Positions 9,729 through 20,468 of a stretch of DNA of 50,731 nucleotides are shown here, piece by piece. Source of the stretch: a bacterium. Lineage in GTDB: Bacteria; JACRDZ01; JAQUKH01. Location: assembly GCA_028719205.1 (NCBI GenBank), contig JAQUKH010000019.1:1-50731 (forward strand), read 5' to 3'. The notes below the pieces were generated by a model. The model made no database searches and was not told the DNA's origin. It saw only the letters and a program-made list of their open reading frames with translations. Position 1 is the first letter of the stretch; every line of letters starts with the position of its first letter. The translations under genes were made by a program, and so were the position numbers.

Positions 9729-9803
9729 GGTATGATAAATTCATTTATTTTATTAAGGTAAAAATACTTTCTAAATCTTTTATATAAAACCTAAAAGCTT
9801 TCA

Positions 9804-11219
9804 TTAACCGAATAATAATCTATAACCAGTTTGTATTTTAATAAATAATTGTTTAAATGATTTTGTGCGATTTAATTCTCGTAAAAGAAAACGCGGTGAA
9901 CGATAAAAATGAGCCATCGCTTTACTCTGCATTCGCCTTAACTCTGAAACAGGAAAATCGTGAGCGTAATGTAGTTTAAAATCAGTAGTGGGATTCTCCG
10001 CAAATTTAAGCCAGTAATCGTATTTATAATATCCTTTATCCAAAAGGTCTTGATATAATTTAGTTTTAGGAAATGGCGTGCAAAGCGAATAAGTTACATA
10101 ATCCGGTTTTATTTTTTTGATCAATTTTAAACTTTGATTGAAATCTTCCATAGTTTCAGAAGGAGAACCTATCATCATGTACGCATAAGTATCAATATTA
10201 AAACGTTTTGTAATTTCAAAAGCTTTTATTATTTGGTTAATAGTTATACCTTTTTCAAGATTGTCTAAAATACGCTGCGAGCCGCTTTCTACTCCATAAT
10301 GTATCCGGTAACACCCGGATTTCTTTAAAAATCCCAGCATTTCCTCATCAATAGTATTAACTCTTGAGCTAATTTTATATTTTATTTTGATATTTTCATT
10401 TAATATTGCTTTGCATAACTCAATGATTCTTTTCTTATTTACAGTTATTGTATCATCTAAAAAAAATATTTCCTTAATGCCACGGTCATACAAAACTTTT
10501 ATTTCTTTCAATATATTCTCAGCACTTCTGCTCCGAAAATGGCTTTTCCTCATATCACAAAAAATACAACCGAAAGGACATCCACGAGAAGTTTGCATAT
10601 AAGCAGTATGGACATCATTCGATAATATATGAGTATATTTGGACAAATCTATTAAATCATGTGCCGGTAATGGTATTTCATCCAAATCAGTAATTGGCTC
10701 TCTTTTATCATTTATAATCACATTACCGTTTTTATCTTTCCATCCAAGTCCGTTTATTCCGTAATATTCCTCATTCAAAGTATCCTTTTGCATTTTCTCA
10801 ATTAATTCTGAAAAGGTTTTTTCTCCTTCTCCCATGACAATAAAATCAACAGATTTAAAAGTACATGTCTCTTTTGGATATAACGTGGGATGGAACCCGC
10901 CAAAACAAATTTTAATATTTTTATCAATACTTTTTATGATGTCCGCCGCCTTCAGACAATCAATAAGATTAAAAGTAAGAACACTCATTCCTACAACATC
11001 CGGTTTATTCTCTTTTATTATATTAACAATTTCTTCGTAGTCAAATCCCTTAGCAATACAATCAATAATCTCCGGAATGATCCCTGTTTTATCACGCAGA
11101 TAACCCGCAACATAAAGAATACCTAATTTGGGACGAAACTCACGATTTTTAACGATTTTTTGTAATGTATATGAATCAGTTGAAGATTTTTCGGGAGGTA
11201 TAAGGAATAATATTTTCAC
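9804..11219 (-). CDS. Cobalamin-binding radical SAM protein (class B / HpnJ-like architecture)
   Basis: N-terminal B12-binding-like domain (LGILYVAGYL, GMS, GGFHPT, GEGE), SRGCPFGCIFC (CxxxCxxC), DD, YGVESGS, PFP.T. The GTG start overlaps the upstream stop. Confidence 0.9.
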   Translation of the reverse strand: MKILFLIPPEKSSTDSYTLQKIVKNREFRPKLGILYVAGYLRDKTGIIPEIIDCIAKGFDYEEIVNIIKENKPDVVGMSVLTFNLIDCLKAADIIKSIDKNIKICFGGFHPTLYPKETCTFKSVDFIVMGEGEKTFSELIEKMQKDTLNEEYYGINGLGWKDKNGNVIINDKREPITDLDEIPLPAHDLIDLSKYTHILSNDVHTAYMQTSRGCPFGCIFCDMRKSHFRSRSAENILKEIKVLYDRGIKEIFFLDDTITVNKKRIIELCKAILNENIKIKYKISSRVNTIDEEMLGFLKKSGCYRIHYGVESGSQRILDNLEKGITINQIIKAFEITKRFNIDTYAYMMIGSPSETMEDFNQSLKLIKKIKPDYVTYSLCTPFPKTKLYQDLLDKGYYKYDYWLKFAENPTTDFKLHYAHDFPVSELRRMQSKAMAHFYRSPRFLLRELNRTKSFKQLFIKIQTGYRLLFG

Positions 11220-12328
11220 AATAAGTCCTTCAATTTTCCGATTTTCTGATCGTTATAGCCTAAAATAATTTTTATAACAGTAGCTGAAACATTATTTTTT
11301 ATATATTCATCCGGCACATTCCAATTTACCTGTTCACTTAAAACTAACTTAACTGATTGAACAATCATTTTTGAATCAATTCCAGTCAGCATATTACTTC
11401 CACATTCTATTGTTTCAGGCCTTTCAGTAACGTCCCTGATCGTAATATTTGGAACTTTAAAAATACAGCTTTCTTCCTGTACCGTGCCACTATCACTAAT
11501 AACACAAAAAGCATTTTTCTCTAAAAAAACAAAATCAAAAAAACCCAGAGGTTCGAGAAACTTTATTCTGTTATTTTTTACTTTTAAATTGAATTTTTCC
11601 ATTTTATTTCTAGTCCTTGGATGTAAACTGCAAATAATGGGAAACTCATACTCATCACTTAACATGTCTAATGCTTCCAGAATACTGGATAACCGTTCTT
11701 TATCATCTACATTTTCTTCACGGTGCATAGTAACCAAAAAATATTTTTGCTTATCAATTTTTAAATTATCAAATATTTTACTCGATTTTATCTTTGATTT
11801 ATATGCTTCTAAAACTTCAAAAATGGGATTTCCGGTAATAAATATTCTATTAATAGCTATCCCCTCTCTTAGTAAATTTTCTTTACTATTATGCGTATAG
11901 GGTAATAAAATAGTGCTTGAGTGGTCTATTACTTTTCTATTTACTTCTTCAGGTACTCTGTCATTAAAACAACGATTACCGGCTTCCATATGAAAAATTG
12001 CGATCCCCATTCGTTTTGCGATAAAGCTGACTAATCCACTATTAGTATCACCAAGGATAAGAATTCTTTCAGGTTTAACTTTTTTTATAACTTTTTCTGA
12101 TTCGATCAGAATCTTTCCGATCTGTTCCGCAAAATTTTCGCTTTTTACTCCAAGAAAATAATCCGGAGGCCTTATTCCAAGGTCATTAAAAAAAACTTCA
12201 TTAAGCTGATAATCATAGTTTTGCCCGGTATGAACCAATGTATGGTCACAATATTTATCCAGCTTTTTTATAATTAAACTCAGCCTTATTATCTCCGGGC
12301 GAGTACCTAAAACAGTAAGAACTCTCAT
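11216..12328 (-). CDS. Non-hydrolysing UDP-sugar 2-epimerase (FnlC/WbjD/WbvD/QnlB type)
   Basis: GTRPEIIRLS, HTGQNYD, LGDTNS, HMEAGNRCF..RVPEE.NR, HREENVD, SDSGT..EE, ERPE. Confidence 0.9.
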   Translation of the reverse strand: MRVLTVLGTRPEIIRLSLIIKKLDKYCDHTLVHTGQNYDYQLNEVFFNDLGIRPPDYFLGVKSENFAEQIGKILIESEKVIKKVKPERILILGDTNSGLVSFIAKRMGIAIFHMEAGNRCFNDRVPEEVNRKVIDHSSTILLPYTHNSKENLLREGIAINRIFITGNPIFEVLEAYKSKIKSSKIFDNLKIDKQKYFLVTMHREENVDDKERLSSILEALDMLSDEYEFPIICSLHPRTRNKMEKFNLKVKNNRIKFLEPLGFFDFVFLEKNAFCVISDSGTVQEESCIFKVPNITIRDVTERPETIECGSNMLTGIDSKMIVQSVKLVLSEQVNWNVPDEYIKNNVSATVIKIILGYNDQKIGKLKDLL

Positions 12329-13383
12329 TTTAATAATTCCTCCCTGGGAACTATTGAAGAATAATCCAGTAATTTTTCTTTTTTAAAAAATATTTTCAGA
12401 TCTTCCTTTTTGAAAAGATAATCAGCCGAACTAAATTCGCCTTTTAAAACCATTTTCTTTATTGCAGATGAACGTATTTCACGAAATAAAGGTTGAATAA
12501 CAAAATAACCATCCCGTTCTATTGTCCGAAGACATTCTTCTTCAGAAACCAGAATTTCATGAAGTTTTTCACCCGGCCTTATTCCTGTTATTACTTTTTT
12601 TATTTTTTTATGGCCCATTAAGACATCAACAATATCAACAACATTCGCTGAACGTATTTTAGGAATATAAGTTTCACCGGGCAAGGCTTTTTTTACAGCC
12701 GCAAATATTGTATCCACCGCACTTTCCAGGCTTATCAAAAACCTTGTCATTTCAGTGCTTGTTATTGTAACCGGCCCACCCAGGCGAATTTGTTGCAGAA
12801 ATAAAGGAATAACAGATCCCCTTGAAGCTATAACATTGCCATATCTTACGCAAATAAAACGCGTAGCTTTATAATTTAGATTAGCATTAATAAAAATACG
12901 CTCCTGAATCGCTTTGCTCATACCCATTACATTAATAGGTTTACAGGCTTTATCGGTTGATATACCAACAACTGTTTTAACCGGCAGACAGTGATCTTTA
13001 ATAACTCTAACAATATTTTCTACCCCGGTAATATTTGTTAATACCGCTTCATAGGGGAAATATTCACAGGTTGGGACTTGTTTAAGCGCTGCCGCATTAA
13101 AAACAATATCCACATTCCTGAGAACTGCTGAGAGGTTAGATACACTACGCACATCACCAATATGAAAATCAAGTATTTCTTCCGCATTTTTATAAATAAT
13201 CTCGTCTGTTGCAATCGGCATATTTTTATATAACATGCGCATTTCATGCTGTTTAGCCTCATCTCTGGAAAACACAATGACTTTCTTTGGTTTACCTTCT
13301 TCCGCTGAAAGTAACCGCCGCACCAATGTTTTACCAAGAGAACCGGTTCCTCCGGTAACCAATATACGTTTATTAGTGAACAT
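12325..13383 (-). CDS. fnlA: UDP-GlcNAc 4,6-dehydratase/5-epimerase (FnlA/WbjB/CapE type)
   Basis: TGGTGSLG, FSRDEAKQ, AAALKQVPTCE, STDKA, MGMSKA, RYGNV.ASRGSVIP, MTRF, GIRPGEKLHE. Start moved to ATG 13383 after a GGAGG SD. Confidence 0.88.
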   Translation of the reverse strand: MFTNKRILVTGGTGSLGKTLVRRLLSAEEGKPKKVIVFSRDEAKQHEMRMLYKNMPIATDEIIYKNAEEILDFHIGDVRSVSNLSAVLRNVDIVFNAAALKQVPTCEYFPYEAVLTNITGVENIVRVIKDHCLPVKTVVGISTDKACKPINVMGMSKAIQERIFINANLNYKATRFICVRYGNVIASRGSVIPLFLQQIRLGGPVTITSTEMTRFLISLESAVDTIFAAVKKALPGETYIPKIRSANVVDIVDVLMGHKKIKKVITGIRPGEKLHEILVSEEECLRTIERDGYFVIQPLFREIRSSAIKKMVLKGEFSSADYLFKKEDLKIFFKKEKLLDYSSIVPREELLK

Positions 13384-14260
13384 CTCTCCTCCATTTTTCA
13401 TATTTAGGTATTTCTTTTATTAAATCTGTAATCATTAAATCCCAGGACGGTGAAGAATATTTTGTAATTCCGCAAAAATTTGACGAATCAAGGCTTCTGT
13501 CACAAAAAAAATCTTCATCAGGTTTTATATCAACATTAAAACCTAATTTATCCCTGATCAGGCATAAAAGATCAAATTTATTAATAGGCTTACTCGATAC
13601 GTGGTACAATCCGCACATATCAGGATAATTCCTAATAATATTCAAAAGAATTTCAGCAAGAACACTGGTAGTAAAACCGCTAAAAATAGCATTCTTGTAT
13701 CCCTTGATACTTTTTCCTTTTTGACTTAAAAACCATTCAACAAGCCCGACAGTCCTTTCGATCTCACGGCCAATTATAGAAGTTCTGATAGTCAGGCAAT
13801 TTTCTCCTGTAACTTCACCCAATAATTTACTCCTCCCGTATAAATCGTAAGCATCCGGCACATCTTTTTCACTATAATTACCTTTTTTTCCTGAAAAAAC
13901 ACAATCTGTACTGATATGAATAACCTTTATCTTTTTCGTCATGGATAATGCTTCAAGCCAGTGCGGCAATAGCGCATTAATCGTTATAGCATGAATTGAA
14001 TTTTCTGACTCCTTCAGTTTTTTTACTATACCGACACAATTAATAACTACATCAGGTTTAACCCTATCAAAAACAAACTTAACAGAATCAAAAGTATCCA
14101 TATTAACGTTATCTATCATTTTTGACGGGTTAAAAAACGATAGTTTCTGGAATTTTTCTTTAGACGACCGCACCGTTATCCATGTATCAAGAACGGGACT
14201 AAAAACCTGATATACCCTATGCCCCAGCATACCGTTTCCACCCAAAATCAAAACTTTCAT
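13373..14260 (-). CDS. RmlD-like 4-keto sugar reductase (WbvR/QnlA type; UDP-L-RhaNAc/L-QuiNAc route)
   Basis: LGGNGMLGH, INCVGIVK, INALLPH, HISTDCVFSG, YGRSKLLGE, RTSIIG, DRSL. It sits between a WbuB-like GT and fnlA, as in L-QuiNAc clusters. Confidence 0.8.
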   Translation of the reverse strand: MKVLILGGNGMLGHRVYQVFSPVLDTWITVRSSKEKFQKLSFFNPSKMIDNVNMDTFDSVKFVFDRVKPDVVINCVGIVKKLKESENSIHAITINALLPHWLEALSMTKKIKVIHISTDCVFSGKKGNYSEKDVPDAYDLYGRSKLLGEVTGENCLTIRTSIIGREIERTVGLVEWFLSQKGKSIKGYKNAIFSGFTTSVLAEILLNIIRNYPDMCGLYHVSSKPINKFDLLCLIRDKLGFNVDIKPDEDFFCDRSLDSSNFCGITKYSSPSWDLMITDLIKEIPKYEKWRRDVH

Positions 14261-14271
14261 TCTATCACCTT

Positions 14272-15498
14272 CTATTCTTTATTTTTAACAATATTAATAA
14301 ATAACTGCTCAAATTTACTGCTGACAATATCAAGTGTGAAATTCTTTAAAAAATATTCTCTTGCTGATTTTCCCATCAACTCTCTTTCCGCCTTTGAAGT
14401 GTTTTTAAATTTCCTGACAGCAGAAGATAATTCCTTAGAGTTATCTGATGGACAAACAATACCGGCCGCAGATGATAATATTAAATCTGAGGCATCTCCC
14501 TCAACTGCCATCAATATTGGTTTCCCGCAAGCCATATAGGATATGGTTTTACTTGGAACCGTTAAGTTAAATAAAGGATCTCTTTTTAAATGTACTAAAA
14601 GAACATCCGCAATCGCGCAGATATCGGAAATATCCTTTGCCGGAAAACGCCCCAGGAAAAGTACATTACCAAGTCCTTTTATTTTACATAGAGATTTTAA
14701 TCTTTCCTCTTCAACACCGTCCCCAGCAAATACAAACTGGATATCATTAAGATCAACAAGTAACTCTGCTGATAATATTATGGTCTCTAATCCTTGCGCT
14801 AATCCCAGATTCCCGGCAAAAAGAATATTAAACTTATTTTTCATCCCTAATCGTTCCGCCAGCTTATCATTATAAGCCGCCGGTTTATAAATATTCTCAT
14901 CAGCCCAATTCGGAATCACGGCAATTTTTTCCGATGGAACACCTTTTTTTATAAGATTCTTTTTATAACCGGAAGACGGTACGCTAATACCCGCTGCCTT
15001 AGGATATATAAAATTCTCAATACCTGCCAATAAATTTATAAAAGATTTACTCTTAACCATTCCTGAAGCCATTACCGCCTCAGGCCAGATATCTTGTATA
15101 TCATACACAAGAGGGATATTATGAAACAATTTTAAACCCCATGCCGCGATCCCGGTTGTTGGCGGGGGAAGAAATACATACATACAGTCAGCTTTTTTTA
15201 CAAAAATATTCCCTATTATTATAACAGATATCATAAAAGAAGCATAATGCAAAATTCTCTTAATCGGAGATTTCCCGCCATGCGGAAAATGCAGCAGTCT
15301 CAAGATATCAACATTTTCGTACTTGTCCCAACGCCAAAGAGATAGTCTATATTCTTTATAAAAATGTGTATAAGGGACTGTTGGAAAACCGGTAATTATT
15401 GTAACTTTATGGCCTTTTTTTAATAAAGCGGCTGCCAACTCATGAACTCTCGGGCCGGGTTCCGGATAGCACCACTGTGTTAACATTATGATCTTCAA
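14272..15498 (-). CDS. GT4 glycosyltransferase, WbuB-like (L-QuiNAc/L-FucNAc transferase candidate)
   Basis: YPE, TGFP, DIQDIWPE, IPNWAD, AGNLGLAQGL, TVPSK..SYMACGKPI. Confidence 0.85.
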   Translation of the reverse strand: MKIIMLTQWCYPEPGPRVHELAAALLKKGHKVTIITGFPTVPYTHFYKEYRLSLWRWDKYENVDILRLLHFPHGGKSPIKRILHYASFMISVIIIGNIFVKKADCMYVFLPPPTTGIAAWGLKLFHNIPLVYDIQDIWPEAVMASGMVKSKSFINLLAGIENFIYPKAAGISVPSSGYKKNLIKKGVPSEKIAVIPNWADENIYKPAAYNDKLAERLGMKNKFNILFAGNLGLAQGLETIILSAELLVDLNDIQFVFAGDGVEEERLKSLCKIKGLGNVLFLGRFPAKDISDICAIADVLLVHLKRDPLFNLTVPSKTISYMACGKPILMAVEGDASDLILSSAAGIVCPSDNSKELSSAVRKFKNTSKAERELMGKSAREYFLKNFTLDIVSSKFEQLFINIVKNKE

Positions 15499-15513
15499 AG
15501 AACAATGCCTCCT

Positions 15514-17382
15514 CTAATAATTAGTATAATTATATTCATTAACCAATTCTTTTATTTTCTTTCTGATATTTTCAGAATCATATTTCATGCTGGACTTAAC
15601 CAGCTCCGCTATAAGTCCATTGATATAATCAAGCTTAAAATCTTCATCCCCTTTAAGCACCATTATCTTCTCATGATGAGTCTTAATAATACCTTCTCCC
15701 TCTGTGATCAATTCTTCGTAAAGCTTTTCCCCGGGCCTTAGCCCTGTAAATTTGATCTCAATATCTTCACCGGGTTCCAAACCCGAAAGTTTTATAAGAT
15801 CCCGCGCCATGTCCGCCATTTTTATCGGAGTTCCCATATTTAGTATGAATATTTCTCTCCCCTCTCCCATTGCCGCGGCTTGAAGGATTAATTGTGTAGC
15901 TTCAGAGATGGTCATAAAGTACCGGGTAACTTCAGGATGAGTAACTGTAACAGGGCCGCCTCGTTCTATTTGTTCTTTAAACAGAGGGATCACCGATCCC
16001 CTGCTTCCTATAACATTTCCAAACCTTACTGTAACGAACCGTGTGGATCTAAATTTCAAAGCATATGCTTGTGTTAACATTTCAGCGATCCGTTTAGACG
16101 CGCCCATAATATTACAGGGACGCACTGCTTTATCAGTAGAAACCATAACAAATCTTTCAATATTATTTTCACCGGAGATCAATAATATATTTTTTGTCCC
16201 GATTATATTGTTATGAACCGCTTCCCAGGGATTTAACTCCATCATCGGGACATGTTTATAGGCAGCAGCATGGAAAACGACTTCAGGGCTATACTTTTTG
16301 AATATATTTTCCATATGAGAAAAATTTTTGATATCGGATAAAACAGAAATTAAATTTAAGGATGGAAATTCCCGTCTCAGGTTTAAATCTATTTGAAAAA
16401 GATTGTTTTCTGAATTATCACATAAAACTAATAAAGCCGGGTTAAAACGGCTTATTTCACGGCAAAGTTCGGAACCAATAGAGCCACCGGCTCCGGTAAT
16501 AAGTATTCTTTTGTTTTTCAAACACGTCTCTATTCGGGGTATTTCCAATACCACGGAATTCCGTCCTAAAAGATCCTCATAAGTTACATTTCTAAGCCGG
16601 CTTATAGCTACTTTCCCTCTAATAATATCCTCTATACTGGGAATTGTCATAAAATTCAGCGAACATTCCTTACACTTTTCTACTATCCGGCGCATCTGTT
16701 TTCCTGTAGCGGAAGGAACTGCTATTATAGCATCCTCAATTTTATAGTTTTTAACGATATTTTCTAAATCCTCTATGCTTCCAATAACCAATAATCCATG
16801 GATATTAAGCCCCCGTTTCTTCGGGTCATCATCAATAAAACCAATAACACTATAATTAAACCTTGGATTATCCCTGAATTCTCTTATTATTTTTTCTCCA
16901 GCTTCACCCGCACCTATAATAACTACCCTTTTTTTTATATTATTATCAGCTTTGGTATTTTTAGAATGCTCTTTTTTATTAATATCCCCATATATAAGCC
17001 TTACCAACACCCTTGACCCGCCTATAAAAATAATAGAAATCAAACAATCAATAATAATTATTCCTGAATATTTTGAAAATAAATTTATTATTAAAAATAC
17101 GGCAGTTATAATAACTGACGCAATTATATTTGCTTTTATCGTATTCCTGAGATCTACCATCCCGGTATATTGCCAGATAACATTATAAAGTTTAGACAAA
17201 TAAAATATCGCCAGTTTAAGTAAAACAATAGCAATAACCGATTTTTTAAAGATAATAAAATATTCAACCGGTACATGGAAATCAAAACGGATAAGATATG
17301 AAAATAAATACCCTGCTACAAGAATTATCGCGTCAGTTATAAAAATAAATCGAAATATTGAATCATTTAATAAGCGTTTCAA
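15514..17382 (-). CDS. Membrane-anchored UDP-GlcNAc 4,6-dehydratase (WbpM/CapD/PglF family)
   Basis: Four N-terminal TM segments, GAGEAG, EDLLGR, TGAGGSIGSELC, HAAAYKHVP, STDKAV.P..IMGASKR, RFGNV.GS.GSVIP, GLRPGEKLYEEL; TTG start. Confidence 0.92.
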   Translation of the reverse strand: MKRLLNDSIFRFIFITDAIILVAGYLFSYLIRFDFHVPVEYFIIFKKSVIAIVLLKLAIFYLSKLYNVIWQYTGMVDLRNTIKANIIASVIITAVFLIINLFSKYSGIIIIDCLISIIFIGGSRVLVRLIYGDINKKEHSKNTKADNNIKKRVVIIGAGEAGEKIIREFRDNPRFNYSVIGFIDDDPKKRGLNIHGLLVIGSIEDLENIVKNYKIEDAIIAVPSATGKQMRRIVEKCKECSLNFMTIPSIEDIIRGKVAISRLRNVTYEDLLGRNSVVLEIPRIETCLKNKRILITGAGGSIGSELCREISRFNPALLVLCDNSENNLFQIDLNLRREFPSLNLISVLSDIKNFSHMENIFKKYSPEVVFHAAAYKHVPMMELNPWEAVHNNIIGTKNILLISGENNIERFVMVSTDKAVRPCNIMGASKRIAEMLTQAYALKFRSTRFVTVRFGNVIGSRGSVIPLFKEQIERGGPVTVTHPEVTRYFMTISEATQLILQAAAMGEGREIFILNMGTPIKMADMARDLIKLSGLEPGEDIEIKFTGLRPGEKLYEELITEGEGIIKTHHEKIMVLKGDEDFKLDYINGLIAELVKSSMKYDSENIRKKIKELVNEYNYTNY

Positions 17383-17385
17383 ATT

Positions 17386-18204
17386 TTAACTCCGTTTAAG
17401 ATTATGGAAAAACCACAAATAATCATACGCCCCGGATACTTTTAATTTAAAATTATTAATATCATCATCCCTGTCAACAATAATTCTATTCAAATAATAA
17501 AGTTCCTTCGGGGTATTCGTCGTACTCCAAATTGTTGAACACGCGGCAATAAATCCATTTTTTTTTAATACAGTTATAGTTTCCTTACTAAAATCCCTTA
17601 GCTGGCCGTTGGGATAGGCAAATAAATCAATATTCTCCCCTAACTTTTTTTCAATTATACCTTTGGAAAACTTAATTTCATCACCAAGCTCATTACTGGC
17701 AATATTTGAAAGCATTCTATGGGTATGCCCGTGAGCGCCGAAAGAAATCAATTTACTCATCTTCATTTCAATAATCTCCGCCCAGGTAAGCGGCTCCAGA
17801 ACTTCATTCTCTTCAGTTAAATTAATTTCTTTTTCAATAAAAGCTGTCGTCAAAAAAATCGTGGCGCAACAATTATATTTTTTAAATATCGGATAAGCGT
17901 AAGTAAAATTATCTTTATATCCATCGTCGAATGTTACAACTACCGCGTTCTTTATAGTTTCTTTTTTATACATATTGGATACCAACTCTTTTAAAGAAAT
18001 AACGTTATAGTTGGAAACTATAAATTTTATCTGCGCTTCAAAATTATCAGGTTTCAACCTGAAACCGGAGGAGGTATTTTCAGGGCTAACTGAATGATAA
18101 CATAAAATCGGGACGTTATATACCCCGCTACATGAAAAGATTTTTCTTATTTTATTAAATCCTGACCATAAATACGCGCCTGCTAATTTTATTTTCTTTT
18201 TCAT
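17386..18204 (-). CDS. Polysaccharide deacetylase (NodB/CE4 family)
   Basis: ILCYH, TFDDGY, GAHGHTH, FAYPNG motifs. Confidence 0.88.
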   Translation of the reverse strand: MKKKIKLAGAYLWSGFNKIRKIFSCSGVYNVPILCYHSVSPENTSSGFRLKPDNFEAQIKFIVSNYNVISLKELVSNMYKKETIKNAVVVTFDDGYKDNFTYAYPIFKKYNCCATIFLTTAFIEKEINLTEENEVLEPLTWAEIIEMKMSKLISFGAHGHTHRMLSNIASNELGDEIKFSKGIIEKKLGENIDLFAYPNGQLRDFSKETITVLKKNGFIAACSTIWSTTNTPKELYYLNRIIVDRDDDINNFKLKVSGAYDYLWFFHNLKRS

Positions 18205-18213
18205 TTTATTATC

Positions 18214-19332
18214 TTACATTTTTTGGGCTATCCGCTGCAGTAATGGATATTTGTTTTTCAAGTTTACTATTTTTTCCCTTGCATTAAAAATTAAATTATC
18301 CAGTTTATAAAATAATTGGTTATTATATACTTTTATTTCATAATTATTAAATGTTTTTTTTGCCCACTTAAACTTATAAGGCTCATCGCCTATCATAAAG
18401 TCAAAAACTTTCAGATTTTGTTCAAAACATTTTTTTAAAATATTAAGGATATGCAGTTTGCCAAGGGAATACTTGATAAATAACGGATCAAATGTCGGTA
18501 TCCAGAAATAATATATATTATTACATTTGAGGGCATAATTTATAGAAATTATTTTATTCCCGACTTTTAGAACCGAAATGTCCGCCATACCCATTTTCGT
18601 AAATTCCACGGCTAATTCCTGAAAAAAATCACGATTGATCCGGGTATCAAAGATACTGTCGCCCACCTTGTCAATTTGCCTTTTCTTGTGTATTTCAAAC
18701 AAAACCTTTAATGATTCGGCTAATGTATTTTCATCGCAATTTTCAAAAACCAGCTCTCCATCATTTTTTAATTTATTAAGCGTGGTCCTGATATCCTGTT
18801 TTAAACCTTTGCTTAGTGACTTATAATAATCATCCCAGGCCTCTTTTATTTCAATAAAAGGGCTTACGCAATCTATCCTGATCGAACAAAAAGGCGCTAA
18901 TTCCGTTACCGCTTCTTTTATCCCCGGGAAATTAGCCGAAATCTCCGGGATCCTTTTTAGTTTAATCACAGCCCAGTTACGCTGTTTTAGAAGATAATTT
19001 ATAATGGCTTTTGCAACCTCCTTATGATCCTGTAAAATCACAAAGTCCATATAGTCGGCCATCATGTCATCACCCAGAAAGCTTATGACCGGCTTGCCGA
19101 ATACCAGACAACCACCTCTCTCGGCCATAAGAGGCGCGATAGCGATGATATTTCCTTCATGCGTCACTGACAGAACGAACATCTTTTTGCCATGTCCAAA
19201 ATGTCTCCACCATAAAGTGCACCATTCCCAGGATACAAATATATTATCCGTCCCGCTTCTTTTAAAAATATCTTTCCAGACAGTCTCAAATTTTAAAAGC
19301 TCATCATAAGTTGAAATAACATTTATTTGCAT
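18214..19332 (-). CDS. CelD/BcsL-like GNAT-fold protein (paralogue of 21734-22867)
   Basis: W...F.SWEW...WW, IAIAPL, ADYMDF, YSLG, FDFMIGDEPYKFKW pattern typical of the Acetyltransf_6/CelD family. Confidence 0.8.
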   Translation of the reverse strand: MQINVISTYDELLKFETVWKDIFKRSGTDNIFVSWEWCTLWWRHFGHGKKMFVLSVTHEGNIIAIAPLMAERGGCLVFGKPVISFLGDDMMADYMDFVILQDHKEVAKAIINYLLKQRNWAVIKLKRIPEISANFPGIKEAVTELAPFCSIRIDCVSPFIEIKEAWDDYYKSLSKGLKQDIRTTLNKLKNDGELVFENCDENTLAESLKVLFEIHKKRQIDKVGDSIFDTRINRDFFQELAVEFTKMGMADISVLKVGNKIISINYALKCNNIYYFWIPTFDPLFIKYSLGKLHILNILKKCFEQNLKVFDFMIGDEPYKFKWAKKTFNNYEIKVYNNQLFYKLDNLIFNAREKIVNLKNKYPLLQRIAQKM

Positions 19333-20450
19333 AGTATTTTAGCCATTCTTTTCCTGATTTTTTCTAATTTATTAAGATCGAGAGATTGGTATACCGGAAG
19401 GCTTAGAAATCTTTCGGCTAAAAATTGCGTATCAGAAAATTTTTCATTTTTATTCAGCAAATTATTTAAATTATAAAAGGTCCAGTTCAGTGTTGGTTCA
19501 AAAAACATACCGGCATTTTCAAACTTTATTAAGAATTCATCCCTCTTTTCAATGAGGACCGGAAAACTGTAAGGCACAACTCCTTCAGGCAATTGCGAAA
19601 ATAACGGTTTGATCCCGGGAAGCTCATCAAGGATATTTATCCAATAATTAAAATTCTTTCTCCTTTTATCAATTACCTCATCAAGATCCAGTTTATTAAT
19701 GATATATTTACTCAAAAATGATATTTCCTCATTAAAATTATGGTTAAGGCTTCCCTTATAAGTTAAAGGCAAATTATCCTCCGGTTCCTTAAAAACCTTC
19801 AATGCCTTTTTTAAAATGCCCAGCGGAATTAAATTATTAAAGGCCATATCCTTCAAAATAAGTTTAGTTAAACCAACTGCCGCGGGAATAAATTTTTCTT
19901 CCTTTTCAATAGCGGGCAATTTTAAATTATTTTTGTTGATCTTAAGAAAACCTCCGTCAGGAACAGGTAAAAATTTCCTCGGGCTGAATATGCTTATATC
20001 CCCGAAATCACCCAGCGGTTTCCCGTTAAAACTGCCTAAAAAAGAATGCGCGCAATCTTCTATCAGAAAAAGTTTATTTTTATCACAAATATCTTTAACC
20101 GCGGACAGGTCCTGCGGGAACCCGAAATAGTGAATTACATAAACCGCGCGGGTATCCTTATCTATTTTCTTCCTGATTTCTTCAGGGCCATATTTTAAAC
20201 TTTTATCCAGGGAATAGTATTTTAAATTTATTCCCAGCGAAACAAAAGGATCGATCACAACATCACAAAGCGAGGAAGGAACTAACACATTCTCGCCGCT
20301 TTTTATATCCAAATATTTCAACCCCCACCAGATAGCATTCCGCCCGTAACGGAAAGTAATGATATTTTCCTTAAATATTTCTTTGCAATTGTCATTGCTA
20401 TGCTTAAAAAAAGTATTTAACGGCAGGGTTTGAAGTTGAGGTATGTACAT
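19323..20450 (-). CDS. Atypical DegT/DnrJ/EryC1/StrS-fold PLP-dependent enzyme
   Basis: GRNA, VLVPS..C, VIHYFGF, LIEDCAH (PLP Asp), FSPRKFLPVPDGG (Lys), RRKN, LSLP. Divergent from canonical sugar aminotransferases. Confidence 0.75.
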   Translation of the reverse strand: MYIPQLQTLPLNTFFKHSNDNCKEIFKENIITFRYGRNAIWWGLKYLDIKSGENVLVPSSLCDVVIDPFVSLGINLKYYSLDKSLKYGPEEIRKKIDKDTRAVYVIHYFGFPQDLSAVKDICDKNKLFLIEDCAHSFLGSFNGKPLGDFGDISIFSPRKFLPVPDGGFLKINKNNLKLPAIEKEEKFIPAAVGLTKLILKDMAFNNLIPLGILKKALKVFKEPEDNLPLTYKGSLNHNFNEEISFLSKYIINKLDLDEVIDKRRKNFNYWINILDELPGIKPLFSQLPEGVVPYSFPVLIEKRDEFLIKFENAGMFFEPTLNWTFYNLNNLLNKNEKFSDTQFLAERFLSLPVYQSLDLNKLEKIRKRMAKILCK

Positions 20451-20468
20451 GATCTTTTATTTCCCTAT

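Noticed and set aside
9745-9804. 19-codon ORF (MKAFRFYIKDLESIFTLIK) between the radical SAM and the WaaL-like gene
   Set aside because: Overlaps the upstream stop but has no motif; it could reflect a frameshifted ligase N-terminus or chance, which cannot be decided from the sequence.
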